The notes: generated from the sequence alone by a model not told the origin. Shown: positions 13,076 to 28,183, counted from the stretch's first letter. The stretch: 64,000 nt of DNA from Octopus sinensis (GCF_006345805.1 NC_043005.1:106392001-106456000); one strand, 5' to 3'. Program-made: numbers and translations.

Positions 13076-13439
13076 ATAATATTTAACTGTATGTTTATTT
13101 AGATATACCTACTTATTTCCTTGCACTCGCATACACACACATATATTTGTATATATAGGGATGAATTTTTCATTAAAACCTGTATTAAATTGTTGTGTTT
13201 TCAATGCAAAAAGCAGTCATTCACGTACTCACGCGCACGCGCACACTTACAAACATAACTTTGAGGTTAACCCCGCTTCGGTTCCACTGCCTTGCTAATT
13301 GATCAAGTGCTTTCTCCTATAGCCGCGAGTTGATCGATGCCTTATGGGAGAAATCGATAAATGGGAACCCTGTAGAAAACTGTCATATATACATATGCAA
13401 ACACACACGCACAATATATATATATATATATATATATAC

Positions 13440-14225
13440 GTATGAGAGAATGAGATAACAAAGCCAAGACTGTGAGGAGTTTTCAGGACATTTATAAGGA
13501 AATAACCTTACAGCTGTTTCTGGGATATTATGGATATCCCTTCATCAGAGACGGTGTGAGAAGGTTAAACTGAGGAAATATTTGAGTTCGAATTATTATG
13601 GAAAAGGAAGAGATAGGGAATATAGAGGAAAATAAGAGAATGAAAGTAGAAATAAGATATATAAAGATATTGTAGTTGCAGTTCCATTATTCGAGGAAAA
13701 TGGTGAATAGAAGTGGTAAAAAGTCTCCTGTACATGGTATGTATGTACCAATAGCAGTTCATGTTTTGTCATTTCAATGTGTAGAGCCATGGAATCTATG
13801 TTGTTTGGTCGAAAGAGTTTTGTGGTGTGAATGAAAATTTGAGAATATATTTGTAGTATTTGTGGATAGATGATGGGAGGAGAGATGTATATGAACAGAA
13901 AGACGAGATAGGTCAAACTGAGAAAAGGAAGAGAAAATGAGAGGAAGAAAGAGAGAAAAAAGAAAAAGGGAGAAGGAACAAAACAAAAAGTGAAAAGAGT
14001 GGAAAAGTGAAGAAAGGGTGAAAGAAGTGAGAAAAGGAGTGTTAGTTTGTGGTCAAGATAATGCGATGTGAGAATGGGAAAGGAGTGGAAGAGGGAGAGG
14101 AAGAGATGAGAAGGTAAAGAGTAAAAGAATGTAAGATATGTGAGGAGGTGATATGAACGAGCTGTATTAAGGGATGTGTAGAGAAAAGGTATGGGTGGGT
14201 GATTCCGAAGTGAGTAGTATTTTTG
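13440..14225 (-). mobile_element. probable Penelope-like 3' terminal remnant with hammerhead
   Basis: The 3' end abuts (TA)n at 13413-13438. Carries the hammerhead at 13505-13552 and shares its flank with 40490-40927. The 5' boundary is uncertain. Confidence 0.55.
13505..13552 (-). ncRNA. minimal type I hammerhead ribozyme
   Basis: GUCU CUGAUGA A GGGAUAU-CCAUA-AUAUCCC A GAAAC AGCU GUA AGGU. Intact core, 7-bp stem II, palindromic stem III. Confidence 0.75.
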
Positions 14226-15194
14226 GTAGTAAATTTTGAAGTGAAACGAAAAATGACTGAAACAAGTAAAAAAGTAAAAGAGTAAATGAAAGGGTCGAAA
14301 GTATAATTTTATGCAGAAGTAGTGTTTGCAGAACTTTTAAATTCTATAAAATTTTTTTTTTTTAATTACTGATGAAAACTCATGAAGAATGACAACTAAC
14401 AATCTATGCAACATTCAGTTCCTCAAACAGAACATTTTAGAGAGAAAAAAAAACCCCACCTTAATGATCCGTCAAAAATAAGCACACGCTATCCAAGCGA
14501 TATCATTCTTTTTGCAGTTATTGTTCTTCTAATTTTTATTAAGTGTATTTTCCTACTCAGTGCTTATATATGAATGGCGCTTAAAACACTAATAGGCACA
14601 AGTACTATTACTTACAAACATTGGACAACTTGAAGTTATGGTAGGAAAAAGCTGACCCGATGTTCTGTGCTGTAAGCTAAATCCGAAACCACACAGCTGC
14701 AAAGTGAACTTCTTAAACCATTTATCCACGTCTATGACAAAATGATGATTTGGTTTTATTGAGTTCTAACAAGCCACCGGATCACCTGACAATCACTAAA
14801 GACTTTGTATTCATAGTAAATATCTTAAGGTCATCACCTTGGCAGGACCATTCTTCTAAAAGATAAAACCAAAGGGGAAAGAACTGAAATTATCACATGT
14901 TGATGAAATGATTGACAATTTAACCCTGCAACCTTAGCGTACAGTGTTGAGTTTTTTTTTTCTGTCCTCCAGCATTTGGTAACGTGGTGTGTGCAATCTA
15001 CGAATCATGTACCTTGACTATGCAACAGAAATAAGTTCCAGTGCCAAGCTATAAGCCACGGTTCTACTTGTACTCACCAATTGTACTCACCATTTGTTAA
15101 TTTGCCCGTCTTTAAACTCCGCACAGAAATGGTTATACAAACAAGCTAAAATTCCAAGACAACTAAGACCTGACATTCCAAGATATTTCAGCCA

Positions 15195-15243
<49 letters not shown>

Positions 15244-16092
15244 TTCTCTTTCTAATAATCTGCTATAATTAGTTGGCAATTAAGAACAGAGTACTAAACT
15301 TCATCAGTAATATTTCAGATTAAATTTAACAACCACGAAATCACGGCACTAACGAATATATTTAGACTGCTATTAAATCATTTAAAGAGATTATGATTCA
15401 GCACGATTTTTTTTGTATTATCTTTTTGTGTCATTGTTAAGGGGAATATTCCTTCTGCTTAATGCAGTTTCTACCCCCAATCTTCTTTAATTTTTAGGTC
15501 ACTTCCCATAATGCCATTCTACCTAAGTTTGTCCAATGGCAATTTAGTTTAGGATATCATCATTATCGGTCTTTCCCATCTCCTGATTTAGACCTGATTG
15601 ACTTAATGACGTTTGTATTAACATATAGCTATATGTATGTACTTACGTATGTATGGATAAAGATACCATGTTGTATATAAATATATGAGCGCATGCATTG
15701 ATGTGCATACAATGCAAGTTTGTATGGATGTATGCAAATGTGTATGCACCTTTGTGTGTGTACATACATACATACAGCCAGACAGAATATGTGCGTTTGT
15801 GTGCATATGTGAGTGCGTTAGAACATGTGTGTATAAGAAGAATAAAACTGTATATGATAATTTATTTCTCTCATTATCACTTTTCTCTCGCTGTGTCTCG
15901 GTATACCTTCCTCACTAAGCATGCGTATCTGTATGATTATACTATATGTATATGCATGGATGTGTATGTATATATATGTCTTTTAATGTATCTATACAGA
16001 ATTTCAAGATGTCTGAGCGGACGTGTTCTAAGTAGCTCAACAGATAGATTTTCTAATTAGGCAAATTATTTCTATTAACTATTCAAAATATA

Positions 16093-16156
<64 letters not shown>

Positions 16157-16622
16157 AATACGAAAGTATATACGCACGTGTGTGTGTATTTGTGTGTGAG
16201 TGTGTGTATATATATATATATGTGTGTGTATATATATGATATACTTTATATATACACACACATATATATATCATATACGATATATTACATGCTACGATAC
16301 ACATTTGCATGCGCTTGTATATATACATGGGCATGTATGTATCCTTATATACAAATGCATACATAAAGCACTTAATTACAAAGCAGTGGGAAATATGTTG
16401 TTTCAGAGAATTATATATATATATATATATCAATATATACACACACGCATATGCTTAGATACGGATATATAGATATCTACATATGCATGAATGGATGTAC
16501 ACACACACACACAACACAACATATATATCCTACATGCAGCGACGGGCAATGCAGATACATATTTAGTGCATATATCTGGGTAACATATATAAATCAAACG
16601 CACACCTACGCACACACACATA

Positions 16623-16724
<102 letters not shown>

Positions 16725-16859
16725 GTTTTGTATGCATACACGTATATGTATATATACGTGTAGATATATATATATATATATATATGCATATATATATTCA
16801 TATATGTATACATATGTGTTTATATATACATATATATATATGTATACATATATATAAAC

Positions 16860-16891
<32 letters not shown>

Positions 16892-17418
16892 ATATGCACA
16901 GCTTTTTAAGCATTTGCCTTAATCTGCAACCATCTTTCATATATAGGTTTCTATTCATTATTCAGCATCTCTTCCGTTTCTCATTCCTACCCCTCTCTCC
17001 ACCCACCACACTCCATCGTCCTTCCTTTTTCCTTACCAACGAATGTCGATAATTTGCATCTCCAAGACAGATTTCACAGGAAACATACAAACCTTTGTTA
17101 ATTATAATGATATAGGTATTGTTAAACACGTGCACACATACATGCACGCAGACACTCAGGGAAACAGCATTCGCATGAACACACGCACTTGCAGTCACAC
17201 GAACAATATGCAAGTATATATGCATACATATACATACACACCTGCACACACAGAGAGATAGGTATATATATATATATATTATATATATATATATTATATA
17301 TATATATATATAATATATTTATGTATAGATATAATATATATAGTATATGTTATATATATATGTATATATATATATACATATATATATATGTATATATTAT
17401 ATATTATATATGCATGTG

Positions 17419-17449
<31 letters not shown>

Positions 17450-18159
17450 CACACACACACACACAGGCATACATTGTTGTAAACATAGATACATGCAAAC
17501 ACGCACACACACATATAAGCATAGGCTTGTCAATACATATTTATATGTTTGTGTATACATCCATACACACGCACATACACACACACATATTTATATATAA
17601 AAGTTTGTACGTATCTACAGAATAGAATTATTTCATAAATCTATATTCTCTAATGCGTAGATAATAAAGAAGGAACGAAACAAACAACAAAAGGAATATT
17701 AAAAGAAAAACAACAACAACAACAGACAGTTCGTCATAATTAATTACAACAATAAATCTTTCACATCCTCTATAATTTATTTCCTCATTTAAATTATTCT
17801 CATTTAATGAACAAAATTGCAAGAAATCAATTTTTGAAAAGAACGCTTTAAGCAAACTGTATTTGATCGCTTTATATGATTTTGTATGGTTTTATATGGG
17901 GTTTTCGTCTAGTTTTATATTTATTTTTCATGTGGTTATATATATTTAGTTTTTATTCTGTTTTTTTTTTGCATGGATTTGTGCGATTAGATGGTGTTTG
18001 TTTTAATATGGTTTTCATCTGTCTCTCATTATTTTATTTTATTTTTTATTTTTATCTGATTTTATTTTTCTATTCATTTTTCTATTTAAAGTATTCGAAT
18101 GGTTTCGTTGCCGTTATAGTTAACACTGTCTGTAATGCTGTTGTTGTTGCTGTTGCTGT

Positions 18160-18303
18160 TCTTGATGATGATGATGATGATGATAATGATGATGATGCTG
18201 ATGGTGAGGATAACGGTGATGGTAGTGATGAGCATGTTGTTGTTCACTATGGAGAAGACGGTGAGGATGTTGATAATGGCGAAAGTGTTGTTAAGAATAT
18301 TAA

Positions 18304-18334
<31 letters not shown>

Positions 18335-18572
18335 TGATGATGATGATGACGATGATGACGATGATGATGATGATGACGATGATGATGATGATGATGATAA
18401 TGACGATGATGAGGTTGACGATGACGATGATGATGATGCCGATGATGATGATGATGATGAGGTTGATGATGATGATGAACTTGATGATGATGTTTATGAT
18501 GATGATGATGTTTATGATGATGATGATGATGATGATGGTGGTGATGATGATGACGATGATGACGATGATGAC
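18160..18572. repeat. (GAT)n microsatellite
   Basis: Directly visible. Confidence 0.95.
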
Positions 18573-18935
18573 AGAGAGGAAGATAGTAGTGGTGTTTGGT
18601 GGGGTGATGATTATAATGATGATAATGACCATGAGGGAAACGATGATTACTGTGAGAATGAAGGAGATTCTGACGATAATACGGTGATGCTGATGATAAT
18701 GGTATACTCTTCTCCATCATCGCCTCATCCTCTTCTACTCTCCGTTCTTGAAGCCAAATCAAATGAATGTATTCATGAAATGTAATGCCTGAGTATTATT
18801 TTTTTACTTTATAATCTCTCTACGAAGTGAAACATCTTAGGCATTTAAACGCATGCGCACACATAGACCCAATCACATATCCTTATATCTACATACTCCC
18901 TCACCCATATCCGTACTGTGTGCATATCTATATTT

Positions 18936-18985
<50 letters not shown>

Positions 18986-19270
18986 ATATATTATATATAT
19001 ATATGTATATATGTATGTATATATGTATATATGTATATATATATATATATATATATACATACTATTTATGTCACGCATGTATATAAGTGTGTATGTATGT
19101 ATATATCTATATCTATCTACGCACATGCGCGCGCACGCACACACGTGCACATGCACACACACAAACGCACGCATGTCAGAGAAACTATGAACAATGAAAG
19201 GGGAAACACCTGAGAAGTAAAACTTGATCTATAAGATATTAGTTTAACAGATTATAATAAAGAGAATGTG

Positions 19271-19306
19271 TCATAACGTTTCGGAGGTTACTACCTCATC
19301 AGAAGT
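19271..19306 (-). ncRNA. degenerate hammerhead-like motif
   Basis: CUGAUGA GGU-AGUA-ACC UCC GAAAC GUU. The stem II register and stem I are imperfect. Confidence 0.4.
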
Positions 19307-20414
19307 TCAAAAGAGAGAAATGAGGAACAAGAACAACAAACAGGCATATGAAAAGAAATCAAGTGAGGTTTGGAGTTAAGAAGGAAGACATTGGGTGGGG
19401 TGAGAAGGTACAAGAATAAATATATATCGTTATCTGAATGCACGTATATATATGTAGGAAAGGGTACGTGTATGTTTGTACGTATGAATGTGTGTGTGTG
19501 TGTATATATGTGTGTGCGTATGTATGTATGTATGTATGTATGTAAAGTTTTATCAACTGGCCTATGCAAATTTTTTATCCATCGCTGCAGTATATAAAAC
19601 CAAGTGTTTGTGAGCTTTTTATCTCTACAGAGAAATATCAAAGAAATTTGTACTCGTACATTAGATACCTATGGATCCCAAGTCTGATTTAGACTTGTAT
19701 TGTTTATGTCAAGACATACCATTTAAGTTTAAGTTTAAGAAAACATTGTGCTGTGCAACATCAACGTATATATATAAAGTATAAATTAGAGAAAAAACAT
19801 TTTTATGCAATTCAAACAATGTGAGAAATAAACCAAATCTTAAATAGAAAATAAAATACATTTTTATAAAACATATAACTAGATCACAAAAAGTATAAAA
19901 ATGAATAATCAATATATAATATATATATATAGACAGATAGATAGATAGATTTAAATTTATAGTTATGTATATATGTATGTGTGTGAGTATCCGTGTATGT
20001 GTCTGTATGTGTGTTTGTGCGCGTATGTTTTCTTTCAAACTGCAAAATAAGGAATACGTCATGGTGGTGTTTTCGTATACATCCACAAAGATGTCATGAC
20101 ATGAAATCTGTAGTCTCATTCCAACACGGTTCGTGACACACCAATGGTTTCACCTGATCTTTCAAATTTTGATGGCAAGTTTATAAGAAATCTTGAGAAT
20201 GACCGAGCGGTGCTAATGACACCGGATCAACATATGAATATACTTTTTCTTTAGCAACTTCAAGTCCAGATTTAAAATGACTGGAAGGTAGCATGCTCCC
20301 AGGAATGTTACACAGGAAAATAGGTGAGCAAAATTTCTACTTGGTTTCTAAATTGTTATTCATGAAACAAATAATTCCCTGATTAGTCAAGAATGACAAG
20401 ATATTGAACATATT

Positions 20415-20630
20415 TACTACTTGTACTTATGACTGTGTTCATCCAGGGCAGGTTGAACCGGCTTCTTCTCAGGTGCTCACGGCATCACAAACCATGGCGG
20501 CCCACGCTCGACGGTCCTGTGTGAGGTCACTGGAGATAGCGAGCCATTCATGGTTCCATCTGCGCAGACTGACCACCTGTGGACCTGAGAGTTCAGAGAG
20601 GTCCTCCTTTATCGTCGTTGCCCATATTGA
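20415..20630 (-). mobile_element. RTE-clade LINE 3' end
   Basis: Encodes WATTIKEDLSELSGPQVVSLRRWNHEWLAISSDLTQDRRAWAAMV (RTE C-terminal DRxxW motif). Ends in short AAGTAC/AAGTAG repeats. Confidence 0.75.
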
Positions 20631-20960
20631 ACATACATAATGTGAAGGTGACACCAACAAAGTTCTCAAGCCATAACACAATAGAACCAACAATGTTGAA
20701 GCAAATCGACAATATATACCATAGAGGAAGAAAGCGATCCTTGTAATCCATCCTGAAGTTCTATAAAGCAAAGCAGGCTACACTTGATTAAGAAGGTGAG
20801 CCTAAAGATTTGTCCCAAAAGTCTCTGAGTTTACAAGAGAATGACATAAAACTCACAGAATAAAATTTACCGCAGATAAAAAATGTCCAAACGGACAAAA
20901 CTTTATTCTGAGAGACGATAAATAAAGATTTCAACTCGTTCGAATATGTTTACTGATTTG

Positions 20961-21177
20961 TTTTACTCTTTTACTCTTTAACTTGTTTTAGTCATTTGAC
21001 TGCGGCCATGCAGGAGCACCGCCTTTAGTCGAGCAAATCGATCCCAGGACTTATTCTATGGAAGCATAGTACTTATTCTATCGGTCTCTTTTGTCGAACC
21101 GTTAAGTTACGGGGACGTAAACACATCAGCATCGGTTGTCAAGCGACGTTGGGGGGATAAACACACACACACACACT

Positions 21178-21209
<32 letters not shown>

Positions 21210-21373
21210 ACGACGGGCCTCTTTCAGTTTCCGATTACCAAATCCACCCACAAGGCTTTGGTCGGCCCGAAGTTATAGTAGAAGACACTTGTCCAAGGTG
21301 CCACGCAGTGGGACTGAACCCGGAACCATGTGGTTTGTAAGCAAGCTACTTACCACACAGCCACTCCTGCGCC
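20961..21373 (-). mobile_element. SINE family B
   Basis: Full-length match. Confidence 0.9.
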
Positions 21374-22715
21374 AATAAGTTTTCATAGGATTGATCAGTA
21401 TTATTGTTGATTTTTGGAGGAAATTTCGCTTATGATTCTTGTAGATAAAGAAATGCTTGAGGAGCGAAAAAGATTTTGTGGGGGCGTCAATGAAGATGCC
21501 AAAGTTGCTGCCCCACCTATTTATTGATCTACTTTAACAGGTTTTCGTAAGTTTTCTTGTTATTGCTAATTGAACTGGAGATAATGTTGCCATTCGTTTG
21601 AACATGTAGAATTTACCGAATTTGATATTTTCAGTTTCTGTATAAAGGTCAATTTGAAACGTATTAAGTTTATTGAGGAATGGATTCATATTAGTTTTAA
21701 AACAGAATATATTTACCGTGCTGTTGTTGCTAACGGATTTATGGAAATGATACGATCTCCAGAGAAGTCTTTCAAAAAAATTTTCCGTCTTCTATACGGG
21801 ATATTTACAATAAGACTTCTACTTGGGTACTGATGTTTTTTCGGAGAATAAAGTCTGTTATATATACCTACCTTCATAGGAACATATACGAACAAATATA
21901 TACATATATATACGAATTCCGTAATTTAATATATTAGCATCTTTCATCAGAGCATAGGTATAGTAAGATATTATATAGGAACCGTGTCAAGGTTAATTAT
22001 TCAGCTAGTAAGAATTTCGGTCGGAGTTCGGTCATCTCAGAGGTTATAGTGTTGCAAAACTGAATTAAAAAGATGAGCAAAAGGCAGGCCAGTATCAATC
22101 ATGCAACTTTAGCATTAGTGTGCATCACCCACTAGATGGTAACTTCTTCGAAAAGGGAATAGTAAGTAGCATTATAGTAGAAACAAACAACAAGTATTAA
22201 CCTAACATATGCACTGGAACAAATTTACATTCAAAGATCAATTTTAGAATCACAAGCATTCAATTGTCGACCCAGATAAAAATTAGTTACGGTTTTGTCG
22301 AAATTTATATGATTTTTATGTGAGATAAACCCACACGAATTCAAAGTGACGAATTCAAAGTGACCTGGTCGATTGTAGATAAAGCACAGCCATTCAGAAA
22401 TGGTAGTTTCAAATCAAAAGCACAGAGAGGTTTTTTTGTTTAGTTAAAAATCGAGAATTTTGTTTTAAAGACGTAAAGATTTGTGCGGGATTGTTATCAC
22501 CGTGGGTGAATGGATCTAAATATCACAACAAAATTTCATGATGATAGTTCTTGAATTGACCTCCTTAATTTGAGGTTTAAAACGAAAGCTGAAAAAGAAA
22601 TATGGTGATTAAAACAGCCGTTTTTATACGTATCACACGTATAATACTTTTCAAAAACAGGGTTAAACGTTGTTTTGCTATCTTTCGTACAATATATCAA
22701 AATATATTCAACAAC

Positions 22716-22792
22716 AGGTGCAGGAGTGGCAGTATGGTAAGTAGCTTGCTTACAAACCACATGGTTCCGGGTTCAGTCCTACTGAGTGGCAC
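22716..22792 (+). mobile_element. SINE family B head fragment
   Basis: AGGTGCAGGAGTGGCAGTATGGTAAG...GGTTCAGTCC only. Confidence 0.75.
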
Positions 22793-23168
22793 GATGTTGG
22801 AGTGAGGAAAGAATATAGCAATAACGATAGGAGCTCTTATTGCTCAGAATAAAGAGGGGAACGGGTTGAGGCCAATTAGAGGTGAGTTTGTAAAAAATAA
22901 GGACGTATACTCATAAATATACATACTTGAGATCTTATACGCATACTCGCAAGCGAAGTACGTTGGTGGAATCGAAATGCTTCTACACAGTAGATTGGAG
23001 AAGAAAAGTCACAGCAGAAAACAAAAACAAAAAAGGAACAAGACAAAAGGTGAAAACAAATAAACAAGATTACAATTGTATAAGTATCCAAAAAATGGAA
23101 GAAGCAAGTAAGATTAAGGAAACTAAAGTAATAAAAATATTATTGTTAATCTTAGTTTTTATTAAGAA

Positions 23169-23551
23169 CTAGCAGTATCGCCCGGCGTTGCTCAGGTTTG
23201 TAAGGGAAATAACTATAAAGCATTTTTAGAGAGTTATAGCCAAAAAATAGCAAAAAATGGAAAAAAAATGATGGTAAAATTTTTTTGAGAGTTAAAAAAG
23301 GTCGAGTTGCGCCCCCTAGACAGTCTGTGGTTTGGGTTTCTGATTCTCGACCCCATGTCGAATTTATCGATTCTTTTCAGAACTGGGGAACTTTTCAAAA
23401 TTTTCGCTGCGTTAGTTTTGAATTATGACATTGGGCTATGTGTGTGTCAAGTTTCATCAGAATCGGTTGAAAGCCGTGGTCAGGGTGAGGGTACAACCAA
23501 ACAGACACACAGAAACACACACAGACAAACTGCCGTTTATATAGAGAGAGA
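23169..23551 (-). mobile_element. non-autonomous Helitron
   Basis: On the minus strand it starts TCTCTCTCTATATAAA and ends CCTGAGCAACGCCGGGCGATACTGCTAG. Inserted between A and T with no TSD. Confidence 0.85.
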
Positions 23552-23654
23552 TAACGAGGGTAACAATGGCGACTATATTTATAATGATAATCAGCTACTA
23601 TAATGAAAACATAAAGCAAAAAAATAAAACTAGTAATAATAATAATAATTTTAA

Positions 23655-23909
23655 ATTTTGGCACAAGGCCGGCAATTTTAGGGGGTGGGTTAATTGATTA
23701 CATTGACCTCAGTACTTCACTGGTACTCATATATATATATATATACATATATATATAAGTTCAGCAAAATTTAGATTCAGATGAATATGGTACTTAAGTT
23801 AAAGGCACCAGAATTTTGTATAGTATTATCCATATAAATCAAATGGGCTGATTATAATCAAAATAAGCAACAAGGATAACCTTGTTATATCCTTGTTGCC
23901 TATTTTGAT

Positions 23910-23941
<32 letters not shown>

Positions 23942-24068
23942 ATATATATCCATCCTGTAAGGATAAAAGGCAAAGTTGACCTTGGTGACATTTTATACTC
24001 AAAGAGCTGAAAGAATGCTGGTTAGCACTTTTTACAGTGAGCCGACGATTCTGCCAGCACGCCGCCTT
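23655..24068 (-). mobile_element. degenerate SINE family A split by a (TA)n-flanked insert
   Basis: The tail half (23655-23730) and head half (~23950-24068) are separated by 23730-23950. Confidence 0.65.
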
Positions 24069-24069
24069 C

Positions 24070-24111
24070 TATAATAATAATAATAACAACAACAACAACA
24101 ACAACAACAAC

Positions 24112-24168
<57 letters not shown>
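24070..24168. repeat. (AAT/AAC)n microsatellite
   Basis: Directly visible. Confidence 0.95.
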
Positions 24169-24565
24169 CGCATGATCCTTGAGAACTGTCATAACAAGAG
24201 CAAAAGTCTCACCTCCGCATGGATTGATTACAAAGAAACTTTTTGACAGCATACCACATCCTGGATCCTGAAATCGGTTGACATTTTCAAGATTTCTTCT
24301 GCAATTTCAAACTTTCTGAAGCATATGTCATTGCGGAACACGAATCTCCAATTATATGATACAAATGGCGTACCAGCTTCAAACAATATTAGCATCAACT
24401 GTGAAATTTCCCAAGGTGACTCATTTTCAACCTCTTATTTTTTTGCATAGCTCTAATATCCCTTAGAACAAAATATTGTTGTAAGATTATCAACAAGAAA
24501 ATAAGCCATTTGTTTTATACGACTGACTTAAAACTCTATGGTAAAGACAATGATGAACTTGAAAA
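24166..24565 (+). pseudogene. R4/Dong-like non-LTR retrotransposon RT fragment
   Basis: Frameshifted peptide NRMILENC...AWIDYKE.FDSIPH.WI...ISQGDS.S...ISHLFYTTDLKLYG, matching the WIDYKKAFDSVPH / QGDSLS / HLFYMDDLKLY pattern of this clade. Confidence 0.8.
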
Positions 24566-24949
24566 ATAAATACGTATAGAAATATTTGATATGAGGAAAA
24601 TAAGAACGGGAAATTCTAATTAACGCTCGTTTGAATTTTCTCTGTGTTCATTACAGCCCTACGTGCGATCATTCGGGCGATTAAAGGTATTAATGCTTCT
24701 TATCTGAAAGGCAGCATGTAGCGAGACACTCTGGGTGTCGACGGGCTGCATCACCAATATCGAACACACATATACATAAACATACATACATATATAGGTA
24801 ATAAATAAATGCGTACATGCATATATACTTACATATACTCATATACACACATATAGCAATATGCATACACTTGGACGTAGGCATTCCCTTAGCTCCCGTA
24901 CTTCTGTTTGTTCGTCTCAGCTGGCTGTACTTATCTACCACCAGAGCAT

Positions 24950-25335
<386 letters not shown>

Positions 25336-25709
25336 GTCAGCACCGGCTGAATAGACACACAGTAGATGAAACATAACGATATCTTGTGCCAGTAATTTTA
25401 TGCAAACATTCTTTATTCTCTTTGATTAAAATATTCCTACATCCGTTTCCCGTTCATTCCATTTATGCCGACGATAAATAAGCCTCTGTCTAACACGAGT
25501 CATTGTTGGATTCTCTCAATTAATAAATCCAGTGTAAACATATTGGTTTGCAATTCCTCTTGAAAACACGCCCGCACACACACAGACACATACACACCCA
25601 CATATGTGTGTATGCATAAGTGTATTGGTATATATACATATACACACGCACACACATATGTGTGTGTGAGTGTATGTATAAACGTGTATAAATATATGCA
25701 TTTAGATGA

Positions 25710-25795
25710 GGGATAGATAGATAGATAGATAGATAGAAATATAGATAGATAGATAGATAGAAATATAGATAGACAGACAGATAGATAGATAGATG

Positions 25796-25869
<74 letters not shown>

Positions 25870-26070
25870 CAGACAGACAAACAAACAGAGATAGACGGAT
25901 AGATAGATAGATTGATAGATAGATAGATAGATAGATAGATACATACATAGATAGATAGATAGATAGATATATAGATAGGTAGATAGATATATAGATATAT
26001 AGATAGAAAGACAGACAGACAGATAGATAGATAGATAGATTGATGGATGGATGGGTGGATAGACAGATAT

Positions 26071-26137
<67 letters not shown>
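25710..26137. repeat. (GATA)n microsatellite
   Basis: Directly visible. Confidence 0.95.
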
Positions 26138-28183
26138 TATTGTCAGCATTGAAATTAAATGTTGAATCCTATACCTTATTGTTATTTAGCCTGAAGGCTT
26201 CCTCGCCAAATCCCTTCTGACGTTCAAGGTATATGTAGGGGTGCATTTCCTAATGTGTTCTTTCATTCCTAGAGAAGAGTAGGATGTAATCTGTGTCGAT
26301 TTGTTTGCCTTTTCTAGAAGATCAAGCTATCCCGGAGAGGCTAGCTTTTGGTTTCTTAAATCTATCAATAATTTAAGTGGTGTTTGTTGAATTTTTAGAA
26401 GCATGGAAGCAACATGGCGGTTTCTTCTCGGTGGGAACTTCTTTACATATAGCTTACATATTGCCCACTCTCTTTCTCCCACTCTTTTTCTCCCCCTCTC
26501 TTCCCCTCACTTTCTCTGGCATTCTTTCTTTCTCCTTCTCTCCCCCCCTCTCCCTCTCTCACACACACATGCGTACATATCCATACCCTTTGCTCATTAG
26601 CTCTGTAGCCAATGTAACATTCCTGCACGATATTCCAAAACAAGTTTTGAAAACCTGCCCATCATCATTTTCTCCATCCCCTGTATTAATACATTTAATT
26701 ATTTTATTCCATATTCTATACATCATGGAATAATTGAACATCAATAATTCCTGTCTTCTACAGGTTTCTCTAATAATTGAAGCCTCAGAATGTCAACATA
26801 TTTCTCCACCTCACTGATACAATCCCAATATTATGAATTATTTTAAGAGAGATTATCTAATAGACAGCGAAGAAGACATACTACATCGTAACTGTCTCGC
26901 TTGCTGGGTCAGACAATAATGTTAACCAAACCTGTCTTACTTTCACTTTCCGGTTGTTATTTCTGATGCTGAAAATATTAGAAGAAATAAACCCACCTTT
27001 ATAATACAGAAATAAATATTTTAATTAGCCAATGAGATTTTGTACTTCAGCTGAAAGCTGATATTATATATTATTCTGTTTCTAAGAGTGTTCGTGTCTT
27101 CCATTGCTACTCTGAACAACTGTAACAATAAAACAAAATCGGATACATAATTGAAATGTTTAACATAACGGAACAAGTTCGAGCGCTACGCAATGGAAAG
27201 CGAGTTGAAATATTCGACATTATGAAATAATGTGGACACAAGCCCGAATTATTGGTATGTAATAAGGGTAATTGCTTACCCAATATATATACGTTGCAGA
27301 AGTGATAGATTCTTTTTATGAGGAATTTCCTGTTTTGTTTCAGCCAATCTGAATCGGGCGATGGCACACGTTTCTGTCTCTGACATTTCTCGGGGACGAA
27401 CTGAGGCTGTAGCACTTTCGAGAATGAGAAAACTTGGTGCTGACTCCGTTGCCTTCATCGAATACCTCTACCTATCACTCTTCTCTTAGTTGGTTTTACA
27501 TAAAAGGTAAACTGATTTTATAAAGGGTTTCTCATGAGTGATAGCCCCTTCGAAGCTTATCTAGATAATGATCTAAGATGTTGAACATTTGTATGAGTAC
27601 TCTTTCCAGCCGGGGTTAACTTTGAAAACTTCTCATTGTTATTTAGAGGTACTGGTCAGTAAGGCAGCTACAGCACCAATAACTGGATGTGTCCAAAATG
27701 CAGTAAAACTAAGTAACCTTCCACCATACAATTCTTCAGTGTCCACATATTACGGAGATGAATACCAGCCGAGTTCATGCTGAAAAGCCAACCATCATAT
27801 TCCTTTAGTAATAGAAGATGACAGTTTCCTCTGCCAAATTGATGAAATTGAAAGGGGTAAGGACAGATAACTCTCCTTTAACTCTTCATCATCTCGAGCA
27901 TATTTGAATATCAGTTGAGAAAGACAGGAAAAGTAATGACAGATTATCGATAAGATAAGAAAGAATCAAATACTGAGGTCGATTTAAGCAATTAAAAATC
28001 CTCAGATCCATTAAAATATTAATTATTAATAATAATTATTATAATCATGAATGTCTTTAAATGGTAGGTACAAAAGCTATTGAAATGTTTTGTGGTATTT
28101 ACTTAACTTTTATACTTCGAAAGATTCTTCTAAAGTCTACTTAGCCATTTAATATTCTCAAAGATTATGAATATTGTTAAAAT

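Noticed and set aside
27344-27506. Exon-like segment (TTTTGTTTCAG acceptor, AAG|GTAAAC donor)
   Set aside because: All three frames contain stops and no homology is recognisable. A non-coding exon cannot be shown from sequence alone.
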